Shown piece after piece: positions 61,101 to 64,000 of a stretch of DNA of 64,000 bases. Made by a program: the position numbers and the translations under genes. Under the pieces are notes generated by a model. It worked only from the letters and a program-made list of their open reading frames with translations. It was not told the origin of the DNA and searched no databases. How positions within the stretch are numbered: position 1 is the first letter of the stretch; each line of letters opens with the position of its first letter. Origin of the DNA: Octopus bimaculoides (Eukaryota); assembly GCF_001194135.2 (NCBI RefSeq), contig NC_069008.1, forward strand, positions 17,588,723 to 17,652,722, written 5' to 3'.

Positions 61101-63455
61101 TTTGATCTCGGAATGCAAAGATGGACAAAATACCACAAAACATTTTGCCAGCTTGTCATCATAATAATAATAATAATAACAACAATGTTAATAATATTTT
61201 ATAAAGATTGCCATGACTCTTCACAAAGGTAAATAGACAAAAAGAACAACAGGATGTGATTTGTAATGGATTGTTTATTTAATGATTTGAATGATATTTC
61301 GTGAGATCGTCTGTCTTCTTCAGGTTGAAAATGTAAAATGAAAACAACTGCAGAAACACAGAAATTCAAAATAGAAACGAGGAAATCCTGCGTTCCTATT
61401 TTGATAGGAAGACAATAATAATAATAGCTTACTTTTGCAGCCTCCACCATTTTGGCTGTGGCATCTGCTAGTTGCTTAGCGGCAGCCAACAGTCTTTTCT
61501 GGATGTCTGTGTCTTGGTATGATTCCGCTTGGGATCGGATGGCACAGACCAGTTGAGAAGTTGCCTATATACGAAAGAGAAAGAGAGAAAATTGAAAATA
61601 GGTAAAAATTGAGTAAAACAACTCATTGTTAAGTTTGATGTTTGGAATGTCAATTAACAAAGAATTTTGCTGGAAGAAGGTTTTAATTCAGGTCACTTTA
61701 AAACGAAGTTTGTATCGCGTGCATGGATGTGTATGACTTGTTATGCCTATGTAAGTACAGAATTTCTGGACGTTACCTGTGCCAACATTTTCGCTTGTTT
61801 AACCATCTCGTGTGCATCACCGACACTGCTGAAAAGTCGGTCTGTTGCTGTTAGTATGGTGTCAACAGCTTGTTCATTCTGGCCACCCTGAAATACAGAG
61901 ATCATTACATTAAACAATGGGTACTCAATAGGGGCACACACAGCTAGAGGGGTTTGTATGAAGGGAACTAATAAGAGGGACCCTGATGGATGGATCTGCA
62001 GGAAGGGATCTGTTAGAGGGGCTTAAAAGAGGAACCCAGCTAGAGGGGTCTAAAAGAGGAACCCAACTAGAGGGATCCAATAAGAGGAGTCAGCAAGACA
62101 GGACCCAGATAGATGGATCTGCAGGAAAGAGACCTAGCTGGAAGGGTTTATATGATGGGACCCAGCTAGAGGGACTTGCAAGAGGAGTCTAAAGGAAGGT
62201 CCCCCAGCTAGCAGGATCTGTATGAAAGGACCCAGCTAGAGGAGTCTAAAGGAGGTGACCCAACTGGGGGATTTACAGGAAGGGACCCAGCTAGAGGGGT
62301 CTAAAAGAGGGGACCCAGCTGGAGGATTCTGCAGGAAAGGACTCATTAGAGCGGTCTAAAGTGGGGGGGGGGACACAGCTGGATGGGTCTATAAAAATTT
62401 TACTAATGTCTTATCTTTCCTTTTTTTTGGTGGTTGTGGGTCCCTGGTATTTGTAACTTTGAAAAACCACTGACCCTTACAAGAGGTTTTTGACAATGGG
62501 GAAAGAGTAATACAAAAACAGACGCAAACAAGGAATGAGAGAGAAAGAGTAGTAGTAGTAGTAGTGGTGGTGGTGGTGGTAGAAGTAAGAGTAGTATTGG
62601 TACTAACCTCACCACTGCCTGTCCCCATCTTGACATGTTGAAGGAGATCATTAAGTGCCTTGGTAACTGCTGTTGCTGCTTCTCCTAAATCGCTCAGCAG
62701 ATGCTCATCTTTGCAGGCAAACTGGAAATGAAAAAAAGAAAGCAAACAGGTTTAACAGATTTAATGATAACCCCACCCATGGATGGATCATATGATATCT
62801 GGCTACAAAGCTTCATTAAGAGCTTTTATTGTGACATTACATAGTACTTTCAGTTACGCAAGATGTGCAATATCTACAAGATTATGAAATACATTACAAT
62901 ACAATAGTCTCCCAAATCATCAGGCTATCACATACAGGTCAGTATTTGATATCTTGTTAGACTGCATTTAATAAATCCAAGCAAACACTTCTTTAAGCGC
63001 TCTGTGGGAAAAGAACTCCACCAGCTAAATTGTTGAGTTTGTGCCATGGAAACCCATATATGTTGGTCATTTCTTGTGATAAATACAATTTGTAAATCCA
63101 GGGTAGATCACTATTTATTTTCGGTGTTTTAATCAGAAAAGATGACAGAACAAACATAAATAAATCACTGATGCTGCATTAGTTATACACAGGGTTAGAC
63201 AAAAATGTTTACATACATGTGCACAGTTATACAGTTACAAGTGTATATACACATTTAAACACACAACTATACATATTTACATGAGAGTGTTTTTACACAC
63301 ACATACGCACACACACACACACACTGAGTTCCAGACCAAATTGCAATTCTTACCATTGCAGCCTCAACGATTCCATCCACAGAATTTGCAACTTGTTTCG
63401 CTGCATCAAACAGCTGGTCACGGCAGGCTGGGTTACTGATTGTTGGTGCAACAAC
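19926..63455 (-). CDS. TLN: Talin (rod R2-R11), multi-exon gene; partial at both ends within this window
   Basis: 27 GT-AG exons join in one frame. Translation gives talin-specific motifs (VVAPTISNP, LADATAKMVEAAK, PGQKECDNALR, FARANQAIQ, VLSAATVVAKHT, GGGNPK, GTQACINAAS, LINAVKDVA) in the same order as vertebrate talin as recalled. Confidence 0.98.
20500..20850. repeat. Degenerate cactccaataccact repeat cluster
   Basis: Repeated cactcc(a)a(c/t)accact and ataaaagtac blocks. Confidence 0.6.
20969..21152 (-). CDS. TLN: Talin exon 26/27 (R11), 184 nt, ENILKT...QPEAQ
   Basis: atccag acceptor, CAG|GTCAGT donor. Confidence 0.95.
21883..22049 (-). CDS. TLN: Talin exon 25/27 (R10/R11), 167 nt, ASYVLA...NFTDH(K)
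   Basis: ttccag acceptor, AA|GTACGT phase-2 donor; motif GTQACINAASTVSGIIGDL. Confidence 0.95.
22820..22966 (-). CDS. TLN: Talin exon 24/27 (R10), 147 nt, VTNRIK...EVTEK
   Basis: tttcag acceptor, AAG|GTGAGC donor. Confidence 0.95.
23118..23237 (-). CDS. TLN: Talin exon 23/27 (R10), 120 nt, LGKNET...ANSPE
   Basis: ttgcag acceptor, GAG|GTAAG donor. Confidence 0.95.
23515..23635 (+). mobile_element. Family A SINE 5' part, plus orientation
   Basis: ggcagaacggtcagcac...ttctgagttcaaattcc; other plus copies at ~34995-35090 and ~35198-35335. Confidence 0.75.
23690..24010. repeat. GA-rich compound repeat (gactttagatggagagaga units)
   Basis: Directly visible; one example of the (TA)n, (CA)n, (GA)n, (AAT)n and (AGT)n microsatellites found throughout, often at gap edges. 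Confidence 0.85.
24101..24202 (-). CDS. TLN: Talin exon 22/27 (R10), 102 nt, TDLNLD...SAQDM
   Basis: caacag acceptor, ATG|GTAAG donor; motif SYVDYQTSMVR. Confidence 0.95.
27691..27837 (-). CDS. TLN: Talin exon 21/27 (R9/R10), 147 nt, AEKAHA...KSMAE
   Basis: gttcag acceptor, GAG|GTATGC donor. Confidence 0.95.
28200..28670 (-). pseudogene. RTE-clade LINE 3' relic
   Basis: ILHECESWTLAADMQ*RIQAFEPKCFRRLQHILYIEHK matches the RTE post-RT motif LYGCESWT...RIQAFEMKCxRR; contains stops and frameshifts. Confidence 0.8.
28739..28893. mobile_element. MITE with 27-bp TIRs
   Basis: gtaacgaacttcattagcttacagctg / cagctataagctaatgaagtttattac. Confidence 0.75.
29163..29333 (-). CDS. TLN: Talin exon 20/27 (R9), 171 nt, ISFLTN...GGGNPK
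   Basis: ttccag acceptor, AAG|GTAACT donor. Confidence 0.95.
29381..29600 (-). mobile_element. Family A SINE
   Basis: Same consensus as 57161-57370; further minus copies at ~18387-18535, ~21630-21765, ~50215-50340. Confidence 0.8.
29698..29818 (-). CDS. TLN: Talin exon 19/27 (R9), partial; 5' part lost in gap 29819-30375
   Basis: ...NEKTLQGYQEQML...EAQNLGHM, ATG|GTGAGT donor. Confidence 0.9.
30779..30960 (-). CDS. TLN: Talin exon 18/27 (last two R7 helices), 182 nt, AQKAQEP...LVSSI(K)
   Basis: gaacag acceptor, AA|GTAAGT phase-2 donor. Confidence 0.95.
31558..31698 (-). CDS. TLN: Talin exon 17/27 (R8), 141 nt, NLDIDF...AKISTE
   Basis: ttacag acceptor, GAG|GTAAG donor. Confidence 0.95.
32307..32378 (-). 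CDS. TLN: Talin exon 16/27 (start of R8), partial; 3' part lost in gap 32039-32306
   Basis: cgctag acceptor, then VLSAATVVAKHTSALCNACRLASS running into Ns. Confidence 0.93.
37065..37260 (-). pseudogene. Penelope-like GIY-YIG endonuclease relic
   Basis: NCPLDGKCLLYRA...IGT...TSLSKYLWNL matches the CPLDGKCL and TxLSKYIWxL motifs. Confidence 0.7.
45263..45407 (-). promoter_or_regulatory. Candidate internal promoter and alternative first exon ending in ATG (alternatively a 30-nt cassette exon at 45263-45292)
   Basis: TATATATAA at 45407-45399; TCAGTC Inr-like motif at 45384-45379; ATG-free pyrimidine-rich leader; gtgccATG|GTAAG donor at 45263; locally CpG-rich. Confidence 0.55.
46871..47100. mobile_element. 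Interspersed repeat family C (agctggatgcccttcctaacgccaaccact core) with (GAT)n end
   Basis: Copies in both orientations at ~16098-16250, 24945-25270, 26113-26310, 41760-41945, 59600-59855. Confidence 0.75.
47255..47333. repeat. 24-bp tandem repeat, 3 copies plus a partial, inside a SINE
   Basis: caggtgtaactgagcgccacatgt. Confidence 0.9.
47761..47904 (-). CDS. TLN: Talin exon 15/27 (R7), 144 nt, SAYLVG...RSHSE
   Basis: tctag acceptor, GAG|GTAAG donor; motif QFARANQAIQ. Confidence 0.95.
47925..48012 (+). pseudogene. RLE-type LINE fragment
   Basis: SKYKDLEI / EVTRMWSLKTETVPII across a 1-nt frameshift. Confidence 0.7.
48012..48386 (-). mobile_element. tRNA-derived SINE, family B (near full length)
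   Basis: Minus head gcaggagtggctgtgtggtaagtagc...gggttcagtcccactgcg; other copies at ~17200-17480, 24360-24735, 24740-24900, 32838-32945, 59875-59940. Confidence 0.8.
48560..48830 (+). pseudogene. Mariner transposase C-terminal relic
   Basis: PQPSSRPDLAFGASWLFLKLKE...LEDFCGAFAKWLEHYSK resembles the mariner HPPYSPDLAPxDFxLF and downstream motifs. Confidence 0.8.
48952..49074 (-). CDS. TLN: Talin exon 14/27 (R7), 123 nt, SLGDAM...EAAAQ
   Basis: ctgcag acceptor, CAG|GTAAG donor. Confidence 0.95.
51893..51916 (-). CDS. TLN: Candidate 24-nt talin cassette microexon (TVSTKELQ)
   Basis: ttctcttctgtttcccctgtacag|ACTGTCTCAACTAAGGAACTCCAG|gtaagt; phase 0-0, no stop. Confidence 0.65.
52140..52445. 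repeat. Degenerate ~125-130-bp tandem repeat, about 2.3 copies
   Basis: Recurring ttaaccc(c/t)gggtca...gatcaa...gtgttccagc...tatatctaggactacattat. Confidence 0.7.
53390..53911 (-). CDS. TLN: Talin exon 13/27 (R6/R7), 522 nt, IPETNR...VMQISR
   Basis: cttcag acceptor. Donor AGG|GTTTAT is weak, but it is the GT that gives phase 0 and aligns MQISR|SLGD with vertebrate MENSK|VLGE. Confidence 0.9.
54025..54225 (+). mobile_element. tRNA-derived SINE, family D
   Basis: ggtgcatggctcagt...gtgagttcgattccc head; reverse copies at ~6480-6770, 26635-26905, 35860-36000, 47130-47460. Confidence 0.7.
54300..54585. mobile_element. Duplicated hAT-like element end
   Basis: Two diverged copies; the first ends ggttgagaacccctg (reverse = CAGGGGTTCTCAACC, a Charlie/MER5-like TIR); a related TIR lies at ~55744. 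Confidence 0.55.
54684..54803 (-). CDS. TLN: Talin exon 12/27 (R5/R6), 120 nt, VAKSVS...LSTSQ
   Basis: ttgcag acceptor, CAG|GTCAGT donor; motif CLPGQRDVD. Confidence 0.95.
54985..55212 (-). CDS. TLN: Talin exon 11/27 (R5), 228 nt, GNENHT...QRLAQ
   Basis: gaacag acceptor, CAG|GTAAC donor. Confidence 0.95.
55355..55438 (-). CDS. TLN: Talin exon 10/27 (R5), 84 nt, AESAVA...LTATVQ
   Basis: cttcag acceptor, CAG|GTAAG donor; motif LGSTSKTVGSSMAQLL. Confidence 0.95.
56173..56301 (-). CDS. TLN: Talin exon 9/27 (R4/R5), 129 nt, ATDMCR...PLPGET
   Basis: ccctag acceptor, ACG|GTAAGT donor. Confidence 0.95.
56701..56835 (-). CDS. TLN: Talin exon 8/27 (R4), 135 nt, PCAKLI...SCTGK
   Basis: caacag acceptor, AAG|GTGAGT donor. 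Confidence 0.95.
57161..57370 (-). mobile_element. tRNA-derived SINE, family A (best copy)
   Basis: Minus strand reads taaggcggcgagctggcggaatcgttagc...ttctgagttcaaattcc, with A-box-like and B-box-like motifs; many similar copies in the window. Confidence 0.85.
58482..58595 (-). CDS. TLN: Talin exon 7/27 (R4), 114 nt, AVSDQM...CQNFIQ
   Basis: ttccag acceptor, CAG|GTAAC donor. Confidence 0.95.
59180..59293 (-). CDS. TLN: Talin exon 6/27 (R4), 114 nt, NAAKQT...HFECK
   Basis: ccccag acceptor, AAG|GTATGG donor. Confidence 0.95.
59945..60180. repeat. Degenerate ~24-bp minisatellite (ctgggctaacatctagagatacac)
   Basis: About 10 diverged units just downstream of the exon 5 donor. Confidence 0.7.
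60205..60333 (-). CDS. TLN: Talin exon 5/27 (R3/R4), 129 nt, GCASNP...LINRLE
   Basis: ttcag acceptor, GAA|GTAAAT donor; not in the ORF track. Confidence 0.95.
61433..61564 (-). CDS. TLN: Talin exon 4/27 (R3), 132 nt, ATSQLV...MVEAAK
   Basis: tatag acceptor, AAA|GTAAGC donor. Confidence 0.95.
61777..61887 (-). CDS. TLN: Talin exon 3/27 (R3), 111 nt, GGQNEQAVDT...KMLAQ
   Basis: tttcag acceptor, CAG|GTAAC donor. Confidence 0.95.
61945..62390. repeat. Degenerate ~26-bp minisatellite (acccagctagaggggtctaaaagagg)
   Basis: Recurrent acccagctagaggg units. Confidence 0.8.
62608..62721 (-). CDS. TLN: Talin exon 2/27 (R2), 114 nt, FACKDEH...GTGSGE
   Basis: tttccag acceptor, GAG|GTTAGT donor chosen because it keeps phase 0 with the next exon. 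Confidence 0.92.
63354..63455 (-). CDS. TLN: Talin exon 1/27 (R2), 102 nt, VVAPTISNP...IVEAAM
   Basis: ttcag acceptor, ATG|GTAAG donor, open frame, talin homology. Confidence 0.95.
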
Positions 63456-64000
63456 CTGAAGATAAAAGCAGCGATTGAAAGAGTGGAAACGGATGAAGGG
63501 GGGCTGCACTCAATAAAAGTGATGACGATGATGATGATGATTGTTATGAGGTGGTCATGGTGGTAACAACGGGGCACAGAGGATAATAAAGACAATGATG
63601 TGGATAATTAATTTTTTAGTCGTAGCAAAGACGAAGGGATGGTCTTAAGTGGATTGGTATCATAAGAATTTATCCCAGGTTGACCCCTTTCTTTATCATA
63701 TTTCTCCTAAAATCCTGACTTTGTCTTAATTTGAAAAGTAACGAAGAATTTAGTAGAATAAATTTGTCGTTATTAAAAATGGTGTTTGGAAGATCAATTA
63801 ACATGGAATCTTGATGGAAAAAGGTTTTAATTTCGATCAGCTTTGGAAAAGGAAGTTTGTATCATGGAAGCAGGAGGGTTGGTCACAGGTGGGTTGGTGT
63901 CAAAAGGGTTAACGATGATGATGATGATAATGTTGATGACTTGAGAAATAAACAAAAGTATGAGAGAGATGGGGAGAGAGAGCGAGATGGGGGGAGAGAG

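Noticed and set aside
1-64000. Nested plus-strand protein gene or true tRNA genes
   Set aside because: No consistent plus-strand exon chain found (an isolated cag|gtacgt near 2099 does not build one); all tRNA-like A/B boxes belong to SINE heads

Overview
Eukaryotic draft-assembly DNA: AT-rich, full of microsatellites, with many N gaps. The repeat content looks octopus-like (inferred, not verified). The window holds the central rod region of one talin gene on the minus strand. I traced 27 GT-AG exons by hand from 63455 down to 19926. About 3981 coding nt (about 1327 codons) are visible, matching from memory vertebrate talin-1 residues ~724-2119 (R2 to R11). Two exons run into gaps. The FERM head lies beyond 64000. 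The R12-R13-dimerisation exons are not visible; the next one probably sits in the gap at 2631-3273. Introns contain tRNA-derived SINEs, foldback MITEs, mariner, RTE, RLE and Penelope relics, and minisatellites. The most interesting signals suggest an unannotated isoform system. (1) A candidate internal promoter and first exon at ~45263-45407 ends in a Kozak ATG directly on a GTAAG donor, in phase with the exon that starts R8. (2) A clean 24-nt microexon at 51893-51916 would insert 8 aa next to the KANK-binding glycine of R7. (3) Candidate alternative terminal exons at 13509 and 12355 would remove R12, R13 and the dimerisation helix. All three are sequence-based predictions and need transcript evidence. 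Almost all ORFs in the supplied track are microsatellite or gap artefacts.
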